Shown: positions 38,791 through 49,160, counted from the first letter of the stretch. The stretch is DNA of 58,495 nt from an uncultured Acidobacteriota bacterium (GCA_964484155.1 CAZAEY010000004.1:1-58495), one strand, 5' to 3'. Program-made: numbers and translations. The notes: generated by a model from the sequence alone, not told the origin.

Positions 38791-39843
38791 ATGAAGTTGT
38801 CCGAGATCGCGAAAAGGCTGAATTGCCGCATGGACGGGCATGGGGACGTCGAGATCACGGGGGTGGCGGGATTGGAGGAGGCCGGACCGCAGGACCTGAC
38901 ATTCCTTTCGAATCCAAAATACGTTCGCAAACTCCGGGAGACCAGGGCCTCCGCCGTCATCGTCGGCGAGGAAGTCAGCTCACCGGACATTCCGACGCTG
39001 ATTTCCCCCAATCCCTATCTCGCCTTCGCCCAAGCCATCGAGATCTTTTACAGCCCGCCAGCCCCTGTTCCCGGAATTCACCCGACTGCATGGGTTGCGG
39101 ACTCGGCCCGGCTGGGGCGGAACTGCTCCATCGGCGCGCATGCGACGGTCGGCCACGACGTCTCAATCGGCGAGAACGCCGTTCTTCATCCAGGAGTCTC
39201 CCTCTATCCGTTTGTCGAAGTCGGAGATGATTTCGTCGCTCACGCCAACGCCAGCGTTCGAGAATACAGTCGGATCGGAAACCGGGTGATCCTGCAGAAC
39301 AATGCCGTGATCGGATCCGACGGATTCGGCTTCGCGCCGCAAGAGGACGGGAGCTATTACAAGATCGTGCAGTCCGGCATCGTCGTCTTGGAAGACGACG
39401 TCGAAATCGGCGCTAACTCCTGCATCGACCGGTCGACCGTGGGTGAAACCCGCATTGAGGCGGGAACAAAAATAGATAATCTGGTCCAGATCGGCCACGG
39501 ATCGCGGGTCGGGCGGCACTCGGTTCTGGCGGCGCAGGTCGGGTTGGCCGGCAGCACGAAGGTCGGAAATCACGTGATGCTGGGCGGCCAGGTGGGCGTT
39601 GCCGGTCATTTGAGCATTGGAGATCGCGTGGTCGTGATCGCCCAATCGGGCGTGGGGCGTTCGATCGAGCCGGGCCGGCGGATCGCTGGAAGCCCGGAAA
39701 TGGACAGCGGGCTCTGGAAGAGGAACTACATTTTGATGCACCGACTTCCCGATCTGTTTTCGGAAGTCAAGGAACTGCGCCGCCAATTGGAAGAAATGGG
39801 CCGCGGGACGGAAAAAGAACGGCCCGGGAAAGGAAAAGCCTGA
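38791..39843 (+). CDS. lpxD: UDP-3-O-acylglucosamine N-acyltransferase
   Basis: 350 aa. N-terminal MKLSEIAKRL...ITGVAGLEEAGPQDLTFLSNPKY, followed by hexapeptide repeats. Confidence 0.93.
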   Translation: MKLSEIAKRLNCRMDGHGDVEITGVAGLEEAGPQDLTFLSNPKYVRKLRETRASAVIVGEEVSSPDIPTLISPNPYLAFAQAIEIFYSPPAPVPGIHPTAWVADSARLGRNCSIGAHATVGHDVSIGENAVLHPGVSLYPFVEVGDDFVAHANASVREYSRIGNRVILQNNAVIGSDGFGFAPQEDGSYYKIVQSGIVVLEDDVEIGANSCIDRSTVGETRIEAGTKIDNLVQIGHGSRVGRHSVLAAQVGLAGSTKVGNHVMLGGQVGVAGHLSIGDRVVVIAQSGVGRSIEPGRRIAGSPEMDSGLWKRNYILMHRLPDLFSEVKELRRQLEEMGRGTEKERPGKGKA

Positions 39844-39916
39844 CCAGCTTCGGGTGCGTTGATTGTCGGCGCGCCACTCTTTGACCCCACCAAAGCGCCC
39901 TGCGGATCGTTCCATT

Positions 39917-39954
39917 GCATCAACGGGCCCCGAGGCGGGGCCCGAGTCGCTCCG
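39917..39954 (+). repeat. REP-like unit
   Basis: GCATCAACG + GGGCCCC-GAGGC-GGGGCCC (perfect 7-bp stem) + GAGTCGCTCCG, in the lpxD/ppdK convergent intergenic region. Confidence 0.7.
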
Positions 39955-40036
39955 ACTTGCGGCGATCGAACCGAGCCGCGCCCGGAAGCGCCTATTGCTA
40001 AACCGAAGCCCATGCCTTCTGCTGATCGGCGGAGGC

Positions 40037-42730
40037 CTACTCTCTTTCCAGTGCGGCCTGGGCGGCCGCCAAGCGCGCTACCGGCACTCGGAAAGGCGAA
40101 CAGCTCACGTAATTGAGGTTGAGTCGATGACAAAACGCGATCGACTCCGGATCTCCTCCGTGCTCTCCGCAGATTCCAACTTCCAGTTCGGAGCGGGTGT
40201 TGCGGCCCTCCTGGACGGCCAGCTCCATGAGACGGCCGACGCCGTTTTGATCGATGGTTTGAAACGGATTCTCCGGCAGGATCCCTTTCTCGACGTAATC
40301 GAGCAGGAATCGGCCTTCTGCATCGTCTCTTGAAAATCCAAAGGTCATCTGAGTGAGGTCGTTGGTGCCGAACGAGAAAAACTGAGCCACGCCAGCGACT
40401 TCTCCGGCCGTGAGAGCAGCCCGCGGAATTTCAATCATGGTGCCGAACTTGTATTCGACTTTGATTCCCTTTTCCGACATAACAGATCGGCCCACCTCTT
40501 CAAGCTCCGGCTGGATGACGCTCAACTCGTTGACGTGTCCCACCAGCGGGATCATGATCTCGGGCAGAACTGAAACGCCTTTCTTTGCTTGATTGCAGGC
40601 GGCTTCAAAGATAGCTCGCACCTGCATTTTGACCAGTCCCGGCATCATGATGCTCAGGCGGACGCCGCGCATGCCCATCATCGGGTTGCTCTCGTGCATG
40701 CTGCGGATGGTGTTCAGCAGGTCCTCCTTTTCCTTCAGGCCCTTATCGCTTCCCTGAATGCGCAGAGTCAGCACCTCCTCCAAAAGCTTCTCTTCATCGG
40801 GCATGAATTCATGCAGGGGGGGATCGATCAGGCGGATGATGACGGGCAAGCCGTCCATCGCGCGAAAAATCCCCTCGAAATCGCTCCGCTGCAGGGGCAG
40901 CAGTTGCGCCAGCGCCTGATCCCTTTCCTTCGAGTCTCCCGCCAGGATCATCCGGCGAACGATCGGCAGTCGTTCCTCTTCAAAGAACATGTGCTCGGTG
41001 CGGCACAAACCGATCCCCTGCGCGCCGAAAGTCCGGGCGCGTTCCGCGTCCTTCGGATAATCGGCGTTGGCCCAGACCTCCAACCGCCGAAACTCATCGG
41101 CCCAGGTGAGGATCCGGATCAGCTCGGTCTGGTCTTCGAATCTGGGGGCAACCGTGGGAATCTTGCCTGAAAATACTTCCCCGGTGTTGCCGTCGATGGA
41201 GATCCAGTCGCCTTCCTGGACAGTTCGGCCGTTGGCGCTGAAGGTCCTGCCCTTGACATTGATCCGGATCGCGTCGGCGCCCACGATGCAGGGGACTCCG
41301 AATTGCCGCGCGACGACGGCGGCATGGCTCGTCGCCCCTCCTTCACTGGTCAGAATTCCCTTCGCCGCCAGCATGCCGTGAACATCGTCGGGCTTGGTGA
41401 AGGGCCGGACCATGATGACGTCTTTGCCGCTCTTGCCCCATTCTTCGGCCGTGTCGGCGTCGAATGCGACTACGCCGACCGCGGCGCCCGGAGAAGCGTT
41501 GACTCCGGTCCCCAGAAGTCCTCCGTCGGTGGAAGCTTTTTCCTTTTCTTTCAGATCGAAGCCGGGATGCATCAAGGCGTCCACATGGCGCGGCTCAATC
41601 CTCCGAACGGCCTCGGCTCGACTGATCAGCCCTTCCTCACACATGTCGACGGCCACCGTGACTGCGGCCTTCGCCGTACGCTTGCCGCTTCGCGTCTGCA
41701 GCATCCACAGCTTCCCGCGCTCGATGGTAAACTCGACATCCTGGATGTCCCGGTAGTGACGCTCCAATTTGGCGCAGATCTCCACGAACTCAGCGAAGGC
41801 TTCCGGCAAATCCTGAGCCAGTTCGCCAATCGGCTTCGTATTGCGAATTCCGGCCACCACGTCTTCGCCCTGCGCGTTGAGCAGATAATCTCCGTAAAGC
41901 TCCCTCGCCCCCGTGGCGGGGTTTCGGGTGAAGGCCACGCCGGTGCCGGAGTCGTCGCCCATGTTTCCAAATACCATGGTGACGATGTTTACGGCCGTCC
42001 CCAAGTCGTGTGAAATGCGTGCGGCGTTCCGATAGTCAACCGCGCGCTTTCCATGCCAGCTCTTAAAAACCGCTTCGGTCGCGAGCTTCAATTGCTCGTA
42101 GGGATCCTGTGGAAAGGGGAAGCCTTTTTCGCGTCCAATGATGCTTTGGAACTTTTCGGTCAATTCCTTCCAGTCCGGAGCCTTCAACTCGGTGTCGTCC
42201 TTGATTCCTCGGGATTGCTTCAACTCATGGATGGCGTCTTCGAAAAACTCGTCGTCCAGCCCCAGCACCACGCTTCCAAACATTTGCACCAGCCTGCGGT
42301 AGGAGTCGTAGACGAAACGCTCGTCCTGCGTCAGTTCAATCATGCCTCGGGCTGTTTCATCGTTGAGCCCGAGATTCAGCACGGTGTCCATCATTCCCGG
42401 CATGGAAAACTTAGCGCCGGAGCGGCACGAGACCAAAAGGGGATTCGAAGGCTCTCCAAACTTCTTGCCGGTTTTCTCCTCGACCTTTTTCATCGCGTCC
42501 AGTTCCTGCTGCCACACCTCTTCGGGAATCTGATTTCCGGCGCTGGCGTAAGCCAGACAGGCTTCGGTCGTGACGGTAAATCCGGGGGGAACCGGAACGC
42601 CGATTCGGACCATTTCGGCCAGGTTGGCCCCTTTTCCGCCCAGGAAGCCTCGAACGCGCTCCCAGTCTCCGGAGCATGCCTGTTCCGCCTCCGCGACCTC
42701 TTGAAATAGGTACACCCACTTTTTCGACAT
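40037..42730 (-). CDS. ppdK: Pyruvate, phosphate dikinase
   Basis: 897 aa. MSKKWVYLF..GGKGANLAEM, the phosphohistidine segment GGATSHAAVVAR, and a PEP-utilising C-domain. Confidence 0.97.
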   Translation of the reverse strand: MSKKWVYLFQEVAEAEQACSGDWERVRGFLGGKGANLAEMVRIGVPVPPGFTVTTEACLAYASAGNQIPEEVWQQELDAMKKVEEKTGKKFGEPSNPLLVSCRSGAKFSMPGMMDTVLNLGLNDETARGMIELTQDERFVYDSYRRLVQMFGSVVLGLDDEFFEDAIHELKQSRGIKDDTELKAPDWKELTEKFQSIIGREKGFPFPQDPYEQLKLATEAVFKSWHGKRAVDYRNAARISHDLGTAVNIVTMVFGNMGDDSGTGVAFTRNPATGARELYGDYLLNAQGEDVVAGIRNTKPIGELAQDLPEAFAEFVEICAKLERHYRDIQDVEFTIERGKLWMLQTRSGKRTAKAAVTVAVDMCEEGLISRAEAVRRIEPRHVDALMHPGFDLKEKEKASTDGGLLGTGVNASPGAAVGVVAFDADTAEEWGKSGKDVIMVRPFTKPDDVHGMLAAKGILTSEGGATSHAAVVARQFGVPCIVGADAIRINVKGRTFSANGRTVQEGDWISIDGNTGEVFSGKIPTVAPRFEDQTELIRILTWADEFRRLEVWANADYPKDAERARTFGAQGIGLCRTEHMFFEEERLPIVRRMILAGDSKERDQALAQLLPLQRSDFEGIFRAMDGLPVIIRLIDPPLHEFMPDEEKLLEEVLTLRIQGSDKGLKEKEDLLNTIRSMHESNPMMGMRGVRLSIMMPGLVKMQVRAIFEAACNQAKKGVSVLPEIMIPLVGHVNELSVIQPELEEVGRSVMSEKGIKVEYKFGTMIEIPRAALTAGEVAGVAQFFSFGTNDLTQMTFGFSRDDAEGRFLLDYVEKGILPENPFQTIDQNGVGRLMELAVQEGRNTRSELEVGICGEHGGDPESIAFCHRLNLNYVSCSPFRVPVARLAAAQAALERE

Positions 42731-42878
42731 TTCTTCTCCTTTCCTGATTCAGGCTCGGATCGATCCATCCGGAATGTCTCGATCAAACCATCCGTGTTTT
42801 CGTTGCAGTCCGACTGAACCCTGCAGCATCGGCAGTCCGCTCCCGCCGAGGGCGCCGGACGTTCCGGGAATGTCCCGG

Positions 42879-44195
42879 CTATTCGTAGTATTCCAACCCA
42901 AGATGCGTGATCTGCGCTTCCCCGCGAAGGTGCCTGAGCGTGTTCTTCAACTTCATCAATTGAATAAAGAGATCGTGCTCCGGGTAGAGTCCCGGCGCCG
43001 TCTGCGGGCTCTTGAAGTAGAAAGAGAGCCACTCCTGTATACCGTGCATACCCGATCGCCTGGCGAGATCCAGAAATAGAGCCAGATCGAGCACCAGCGG
43101 GGCTGCCAGGATGCTGTCCCGGCAAAGAAAATCGATCTTGATCTGCATGGGGTAGCCGAGCCAGCCGAAGATGTCGAGGTTATCCCATCCTTCCTTGTTA
43201 TCCCGGCGCGGCGGATAGTAGTTGATCCGAACCTTGTGGTAGAAGTCGCTGTACAGATCGGGGTAAAGGTCAGGCTGCAGGATGTGCTCGAGCACCGAGA
43301 GCTTGCTTTCCTCCTTGGTCTTGAACGATTCGGGATCGTCCAGCACTTCGCCGTCGCGGTTCCCTAGAATGTTGGTCGAGAACCAGCCGGAAAGTCCCAA
43401 CAATCGCGCCTTCAACCCGGGCGCGATAATGGTTTTCATCATCGTCTGGCCGGTCTTGAAGTCTTTGCCTGCAATGGGCGTCTCGCTCGTCTGGGCCAGT
43501 TCGGTCATGGCCGGGATGTCGACGGTCAGATTGGGGGCCCCGTTTGCAAAGGGAATTCCCAACTTGAGGGCGGCATAAGCGTAAATCATGCTGGAAGGAA
43601 TGTTTTCGTCATTTTTCTCCAGGCCGCGCTCGAATTTCTCGAGAGACTCGTGGACCGAATGGGGCCGGATCAGAACCTCGGTGCTACCGCACCAGATCAT
43701 AACCGCGTCCCTTAAATTTCGGTCCTTGGAAAACTGCTGGATTTCATCGATCAATTGCTCGGCCAGGTCCATCTTGGTGCCGCCCTTCTTGACGTGGCCG
43801 CCGTCCAGATTCCTGACGTATCGTCTGTCGAACACCGCCTTCCAGGGCCTGACGGATTCCAACTCAGGTTGCAGTTCGCGCAGCAGCTCCTTCTCCAGCA
43901 CGCCGCTTTCGACCGCCGCCTGAAAAGCGTCTGCCTCGAAGCAGTCCCAGGCTGCGAACTCAAGATCCGCAAGCTGGGCGAGGGGCACGAACTCCGAAAT
44001 AGCGGGCACCCGCTGCTCCGTTCGCTTTCCCAGTCGAATCGTTCCCATCTGCGACAGCGAGCCGATTGGCTTGCCGAGACCCTTCCTGACAGCCTCGACT
44101 CCCGCGATAAAGGTTGTGCTGACTGCGCCGAGTCCGACCAGCAGAACCCCCAGCTTCCCTTCCGCCTCCTGAATCCGGACGCCGTTTTCACCCAT
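42879..44195 (-). CDS. ino1: myo-Inositol-1-phosphate synthase
   Basis: MGENGVRIQEAEGKLGVLLVGLGAVSTTFIAG is a Rossmann GxGxxxS motif. Length of ~438 aa is typical of bacterial/archaeal MIPS. ATG at 44195 overlaps the glyS stop by 8 nt. The longer track ORF runs inside glyS. Confidence 0.88.
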   Translation of the reverse strand: MGENGVRIQEAEGKLGVLLVGLGAVSTTFIAGVEAVRKGLGKPIGSLSQMGTIRLGKRTEQRVPAISEFVPLAQLADLEFAAWDCFEADAFQAAVESGVLEKELLRELQPELESVRPWKAVFDRRYVRNLDGGHVKKGGTKMDLAEQLIDEIQQFSKDRNLRDAVMIWCGSTEVLIRPHSVHESLEKFERGLEKNDENIPSSMIYAYAALKLGIPFANGAPNLTVDIPAMTELAQTSETPIAGKDFKTGQTMMKTIIAPGLKARLLGLSGWFSTNILGNRDGEVLDDPESFKTKEESKLSVLEHILQPDLYPDLYSDFYHKVRINYYPPRRDNKEGWDNLDIFGWLGYPMQIKIDFLCRDSILAAPLVLDLALFLDLARRSGMHGIQEWLSFYFKSPQTAPGLYPEHDLFIQLMKLKNTLRHLRGEAQITHLGLEYYE

Positions 44196-46263
44196 TTTTT
44201 GCTCCCTGGCGCTCGCCATGCTGAACGATTTCGGAAATATCGCCGAATTGGAGAAAAAGCCTGGCCAGGCGGCGAAGCAGCGCAAGACGGTTCCGTCTGA
44301 GCGACTCGTCCGGGCACATGACCAGCACAGCGTCGAAAAAGCGGTCGACCGGCTCGCGAATCCCGGCGATCTCTCGGAGGGCCCGATCGAAGTCGCGTTG
44401 CTCAAGAGCCCGCTGCAAGCTCCCTTCCAGATCCTGGACGGCGGTAAAAAGCGCTCGCTCCTCGCCTTCCTGCAGCAGCTCCTGCTGAACGGAAACCTCT
44501 TCCCTCTGCTGCTTCTCCAGGATGTTCTTCGTCCGCTTGAAAGCCCCGGCCACCGCTTCCAAATCTTCTTCCCCTTTGATGCGACTCAGGGCCCGGGCGC
44601 GTTCCCTCGTCCGGGGAATCGAATCGATGGGAACGCCGAGAACCGCATTGATCACATCGTATTCGATGCCTTCGCTCTGCAGTGCGAATCTCAGCCGGTT
44701 TGCCAGAAAATCCATGACCTGTTCGACTCCAGCGGCATCCAGCAGCCCTTTCGGAAACTGTTCCGCGGCAAAACCAACCAACTCCGCAAGAGGCGTTTCC
44801 ACCTGATGTTCCAGCGCTATTCGGACCACCCCTTGAGCTTGACGCCGCAGCGCGAAGGGATCGCTCGAACCGGTCGGAATAATGCCCGCGCCAAAGCATC
44901 CGACGATGGTGTCGAGTCGATCCGCCAGCGCAAGCAGCGCACCTTCCCTGGCGGACGGGCAGGGATCATGGACCGAAGCGGGCAGGTAGTGCTCGTAAAC
45001 GGCTTTCCAGACGGCTTCCGGATAATTTTCCTGCCGGGCGTACAATCCTCCCATCACACCCTGCAGTTCCGGCAGTTCTCGAACCATCTCGGTCGTTAAA
45101 TCGGCTTTGCACAGACTGGCTGCGGTCTTCAGTTCGGAATCGGGCGACAGGAATTCGCACAGCTTCTCCAGGCGACTAGTCTTGTCCAGATAAGAGCCCA
45201 GCTTTTCCTGAAAGAGGACCTGTTCCAGTCCGGCCGCGCGATCCAGCAAGGAAACGCTCTGGTCGGCCTCCCAGAAAAACGCCGCGTCATCCAGCCGGGC
45301 CTTCAGGACCCTCTCGTGCCCTCGACGAATCCGGCCGTCCGGATCTTCCCGGGTGTTCAAGACCGTAAGAAACCAAGGCGCCAGGGAGCCGTCCGAATCA
45401 GTGACAGCAAAGTATTTCTGGTGATGTCGCATCACCATGACCAGAACCTCCCGAGGAATCTCTAAAAAACGGGCGTCGAACCCTCCTCGGAGCACGGTTG
45501 GAAACTCGTTCAAATGGACTACGGTATTCATGAGCTGATCGTCTTCCAGCAACCGGCAATCCTTCGGCAACTGCGCATGCAGTTCCTTTTCGATCTTTTC
45601 TCTGCGCTCCCTTTCGTCAACCAGAACGAACTGCCGTCTTAGGGCGTCGACGTATTCGTCCGGACGCCGGACTTCAATGTTTTCGCTTCCAAGAGAGCGG
45701 TGCCCGCGAGAAACTCCCCCGGCTTCAACCCCTTCAAATTGAAAAGGAAGAACCGTTTCGTTCCATAGACAAACGAACCAGCGAAGAGGGCGGATGAACC
45801 GAAACTGGGAAGCCGTCCAGTACATGTTTTTCGGCCAGTTCAATTCTGAAATCACGCCGGGAAGCCCGCCGGTCAGAATGGCAGGCGTAGCCTGGCCTTC
45901 CTTCCTCCGTCGCGCGCACAGATAACGCCCTCTGTCGGTCTTCTCCAGAGACAACTCATCGACCGTCAAGCCCATCTTTTTGGCGAATCCCTGGGCCGCG
46001 GGGGTCGGATTTCCTTCCGGATCGAAGGCCACCGACTCGGGAGGTCCGCTGACAGCTTCCACCCGATCGGGCTGCCGGTCGGGCAACCCCGTGATGACGA
46101 CCGTCAGGCGCCGCGGCGTGCTGAAAGAATTCATTCCTTCAAAAATCAACTCGTTGTCCCTGCAAAGCTCGGTCATCCGCTCGGTCAACCGGGCCAATCC
46201 GTCGGGAATCATCGACGCCGGAATCTCCTCCGTCCCCAACTCAAACAAGAACTGATTCTTCAT
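44188..46263 (-). CDS. glyS: Glycyl-tRNA synthetase beta subunit
   Basis: 691 aa. N-terminal LFELGTEEIPA. Located 3 nt downstream of glyQ. Confidence 0.95.
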   Translation of the reverse strand: MKNQFLFELGTEEIPASMIPDGLARLTERMTELCRDNELIFEGMNSFSTPRRLTVVITGLPDRQPDRVEAVSGPPESVAFDPEGNPTPAAQGFAKKMGLTVDELSLEKTDRGRYLCARRRKEGQATPAILTGGLPGVISELNWPKNMYWTASQFRFIRPLRWFVCLWNETVLPFQFEGVEAGGVSRGHRSLGSENIEVRRPDEYVDALRRQFVLVDERERREKIEKELHAQLPKDCRLLEDDQLMNTVVHLNEFPTVLRGGFDARFLEIPREVLVMVMRHHQKYFAVTDSDGSLAPWFLTVLNTREDPDGRIRRGHERVLKARLDDAAFFWEADQSVSLLDRAAGLEQVLFQEKLGSYLDKTSRLEKLCEFLSPDSELKTAASLCKADLTTEMVRELPELQGVMGGLYARQENYPEAVWKAVYEHYLPASVHDPCPSAREGALLALADRLDTIVGCFGAGIIPTGSSDPFALRRQAQGVVRIALEHQVETPLAELVGFAAEQFPKGLLDAAGVEQVMDFLANRLRFALQSEGIEYDVINAVLGVPIDSIPRTRERARALSRIKGEEDLEAVAGAFKRTKNILEKQQREEVSVQQELLQEGEERALFTAVQDLEGSLQRALEQRDFDRALREIAGIREPVDRFFDAVLVMCPDESLRRNRLALLRRLARLFLQFGDISEIVQHGERQGAKNG

Positions 46264-46266
46264 CTC

Positions 46267-47124
46267 TTAATCGGACGAGCCTTCCTGTCGGGCCACATAG
46301 GCGCGGGCGATGCCCACTGCCAGATGGCGAACCCGGTTGATGACGCCGACCCTTTCCGTCACGCTGATGGCGCCGCGACTGTCGAGCTGATTGAAGGTGT
46401 GGGAACATTTCAAGCAGTAGTCGTAGGCTGGAAGCAGGCAGCCCGCTTTCAGACACCTGCGGCTTTCTTCCTCATATGATTCAAACAGCCGAAACAGGGT
46501 CTGTTTGTCGGCAAGCTCGAAACTGTACCTGGAAAATTCGATCTCTTCATCCTTCCGAATGTCGCCGTACGTGAACCGAGAGTTCCAGGGGATGTCGTAA
46601 ACGCTCTCCTTGTCGTTCAGAAAGGAACTGATTCTCTCCAAACCATAGGTGATTTCCCCCGAAATGGGATTCAGATCGATTCCGCCGGCCTGCTGAAAGT
46701 ATGTAAACTGCGTGATTTCCAGGCCGTTCAGAAGCACTTGCCAGCCGATTCCCCAGGCTCCAAGCGTCGGACTTTCCCAATTGTCCTCCTCAAAACGGAG
46801 GTCGTTCTTGTCCAGCGCGACGCCCAGAAACTCGAGGCTCTTCAGATAGACCTGTTGAAAATCCTCCGGCGGCGGCTTCAGGATAACCTGCAGTTGAAAG
46901 TGGCGGTAGACGCGATTCGGATTCTCGCCGTACCTCCCGTCGGTCGGTCGCCGCGAAGGCTGTACATAAGCCACGTCGTAGGGCTGGGGACCGAGGACGC
47001 GGAAAAAGGTCTCCGGATGCATGGTTCCGGCGCCCATCTCTACATCGTACGGCTGATGCACGACGCACCCATAATCCATCCAGTACTCCAGCAATGAATG
47101 AATGACTTGCTGAAAATCCTTCAT
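46267..47124 (-). CDS. glyQ: Glycyl-tRNA synthetase alpha subunit
   Basis: 285 aa and highly conserved ([26 protein letters not shown]). Confidence 0.97.
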   Translation of the reverse strand: MKDFQQVIHSLLEYWMDYGCVVHQPYDVEMGAGTMHPETFFRVLGPQPYDVAYVQPSRRPTDGRYGENPNRVYRHFQLQVILKPPPEDFQQVYLKSLEFLGVALDKNDLRFEEDNWESPTLGAWGIGWQVLLNGLEITQFTYFQQAGGIDLNPISGEITYGLERISSFLNDKESVYDIPWNSRFTYGDIRKDEEIEFSRYSFELADKQTLFRLFESYEEESRRCLKAGCLLPAYDYCLKCSHTFNQLDSRGAISVTERVGVINRVRHLAVGIARAYVARQEGSSD

Positions 47125-47261
47125 CGCGAAACCAATAGTCTACCCCTTTTTCGTCCGCCCGCACGGGACCGACGCATCCTCTTCCTGATGACTCGAGTGA
47201 TTGATTCAGAATGGGGGGCCCGATCGACGGCGAGATCCCCTGCTTCGCCCTGCTGCCCGGT

Positions 47262-47290
47262 CCGCGGGAGCGATAAAGGCCGTCCCGCGG
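47262..47290 (-). terminator. Hairpin CCGCGGGA-N13-TCCCGCGG downstream of recO
   Basis: An 8-bp perfect stem read directly. No U-tract follows, so terminator function is uncertain. Confidence 0.25.
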
Positions 47291-47332
47291 AAACTCTTCC
47301 CAGGCGTCACTTCCCTCGACTCCCCCACTGCC

Positions 47333-47974
47333 TCACAGAAACTGCCGAATGATTTTCCTCGACTTGAGCGGCTTTTCCAAATGGTATTCTATCAACTCTT
47401 CGGCCAGCCTTTCTAACTGCTTCATTTCGCCGCCTTCCAGGCGGGTTTGCCGAATCTGCGCAGGTGGCTGCCGCAGCATGGCTGCCGTCTTAGCGGCAAG
47501 CTGCGCATCCAGCCTTCGATCCAGAGCGGGAAGCACTCCCTCCAACTTCAGGATCCAGAATTCAAAATATCTGGCCAGCATTTGAACGGGTCCATTCGGG
47601 ATTTCCGTCAGCACTGCCAGCGCCAGCCGGAACAACTTTTCGCTCTCGTTTTGCTCTCTCGAAAACTCAACCAGAAGCTCGGAGAAATAACCGAGGTGGA
47701 GTGAAACCTCCCAGTCCGCCTGCTTTGCGGCGAAAGCGCAGATGATCTCGCAATTCTGAATCACCGCCAGCTCCTGGTGCTCCCTGGTCGTATAGGCCAT
47801 CCTGACGTGGGTCAGGGGCTCCAGACTGCTCCCGAAACGGTTTCTGGATTTTCGCGCCCCGTAGGCCACTCCTCGGAGTATCCCAACCTGCCGGGTCAAG
47901 GCTACGACGACCTTGTTGGCTTCGGAGAACGGGTGCGTTCGAAGCACCAGCGCCTCGCAACTGTGACTATTCAT
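47333..47974 (-). CDS. recO: DNA repair protein RecO
   Basis: 213 aa. An N-terminal OB-fold pattern (EALVLRTHPFSEANKVV) is followed by a helical domain. Confidence 0.88.
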   Translation of the reverse strand: MNSHSCEALVLRTHPFSEANKVVVALTRQVGILRGVAYGARKSRNRFGSSLEPLTHVRMAYTTREHQELAVIQNCEIICAFAAKQADWEVSLHLGYFSELLVEFSREQNESEKLFRLALAVLTEIPNGPVQMLARYFEFWILKLEGVLPALDRRLDAQLAAKTAAMLRQPPAQIRQTRLEGGEMKQLERLAEELIEYHLEKPLKSRKIIRQFL

Positions 47975-48087
47975 CGGGTTCTGAAGGATAGACTACCACC
48001 CAGTCGATCTGCGATGAGGCGGTTGGTGCACGAGAAAAATTTCCGACAACCCGTCTAAGCGCTCAAGTCGGTTTAAAAGCAAACGTT

Positions 48088-48267
48088 ATGACATCGTTCG
48101 ATTTATGGAGCGCGTGGCTTCTGGCGGTCAGCGCATTATTCGCCCTGGTCGGCCTTTGGGTCGCCATCGCGCCCGAGGGACGGAAACCGGGCGACGCGCA
48201 AGCCGCCCAGCTGAAATCGAAACCGCTTTCGCCCAAAAACCGCTGTCGATGGCCGGACCCGGTGTAG
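48088..48267 (+). CDS. Possible 59-aa single-TM protein
   Basis: MTSFDLWSAWLLAVSALFALVGLWVAIAPEGRKPGD... has one clear hydrophobic helix. I see no convincing RBS. It is below the track cutoff. Confidence 0.25.
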   Translation: MTSFDLWSAWLLAVSALFALVGLWVAIAPEGRKPGDAQAAQLKSKPLSPKNRCRWPDPV

Positions 48268-48322
48268 AGGACGCCCTTTACGGCTGCGACGGCGATCCCC
48301 GGGCGGTTCCGGCCGGCTTGCA

Positions 48323-48344
48323 GCCGCCCTCGGTTCGAGGCGGC
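48323..48344. terminator. GC hairpin between the convergent small ORF and pssA
   Basis: GCCGCC(C)TCG-GTT-CGAGGCGGC, 13 nt past the pssA stop. No U-tract. Confidence 0.25.
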
Positions 48345-48356
48345 GAAGGCGCCGGC

Positions 48357-49160
48357 TCAATCGGCGCTTTTGGTCGACAGCTCTTCGCTTCCGCGGAAGC
48401 GATAGCGCAGGAGCTGGTAGAGGCGAGCCACCACGCCGCTGGCGGCGTAGGCGGAAGCGATCGCCATCAGGACCGGCTGCGAGTACCAGATGACTCCCGC
48501 CACAATGATGGCCAGAATAAGGATGTTCAGGTGGGATTTGCCTCTGCTCAGGTTCAACTGCTTGAGCGATGGATAACGCAGCGTGCTGATCATCAAAAAC
48601 GCTACCAGGTAGGTTACGACGACCATAGCGATCTTGAACAGAGTGGCGTCCATGGGCGTCTGAAACAAATGGACCATGGCGGCGATGACCCCGGCGCCGG
48701 CGGGAATTGGCAGGCCCGCGAAATGTTTCAGGTCCTGAACGTTGGCGTTGAAGCGGGCCAGCCGCATGGTGCCGCATACAAGAAAGACGAAAGCCGACAT
48801 TCGCGCGAAGTTGCCCAGGTCCGCCAGTCCCCAGGCATAGATGAGCACAGCCGGAGCGACTCCAAAGCTGATGACGTCGGCTAGGGAATCCAACTGCAAG
48901 CCGAAGTCGCTGGAGGCGTTCGCCATCCGAGCCACTCTCCCGTCGATCCCGTCCAGCACGACCGCGACTCCAATGGCGATCGCCGCGTGGCCGTAGTTCC
49001 CGTTCAGGGTGGCGATGATCGAAAAGAAGCCTGCAAAAAGGTTTCCGACGGTAAATGCGGAGGGCAAAAGGTAGACGCTGCGCCGAATCTTTCGCGAAGG
49101 AGTGAATAGCCCTTTCGCTTCCTTCTCTAGCTTCGTCGCGTTTACTCCAGGTCGATCCAT
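48357..49160 (-). CDS. pssA: CDP-diacylglycerol-serine O-phosphatidyltransferase
   Basis: Contains the CDP-alcohol transferase motif DGIDGRVARMANASSDFGLQLDSLAD. ATG at 49160 (MDRPGVN) overlaps psd by 19 nt. Confidence 0.9.
   Translation of the reverse strand: MDRPGVNATKLEKEAKGLFTPSRKIRRSVYLLPSAFTVGNLFAGFFSIIATLNGNYGHAAIAIGVAVVLDGIDGRVARMANASSDFGLQLDSLADVISFGVAPAVLIYAWGLADLGNFARMSAFVFLVCGTMRLARFNANVQDLKHFAGLPIPAGAGVIAAMVHLFQTPMDATLFKIAMVVVTYLVAFLMISTLRYPSLKQLNLSRGKSHLNILILAIIVAGVIWYSQPVLMAIASAYAASGVVARLYQLLRYRFRGSEELSTKSAD

Noticed and set aside
41036-41046. GAAAGTCCGGG, resembling the RNase P RNA conserved core
   Set aside because: It lies inside ppdK on the antisense strand with no surrounding P-RNA structure, so it is coincidental.
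44196-44405. 70-aa N-terminal extension of ino1
   Set aside because: It overlaps the 3' end of glyS in another frame. The MIPS Rossmann motif begins right after the ATG at 44195.
47125-47332. A T-box leader upstream of glyQS
   Set aside because: The reverse-complemented leader shows no T-box sequence (GGUGGUACCGCG-like) or specifier architecture.
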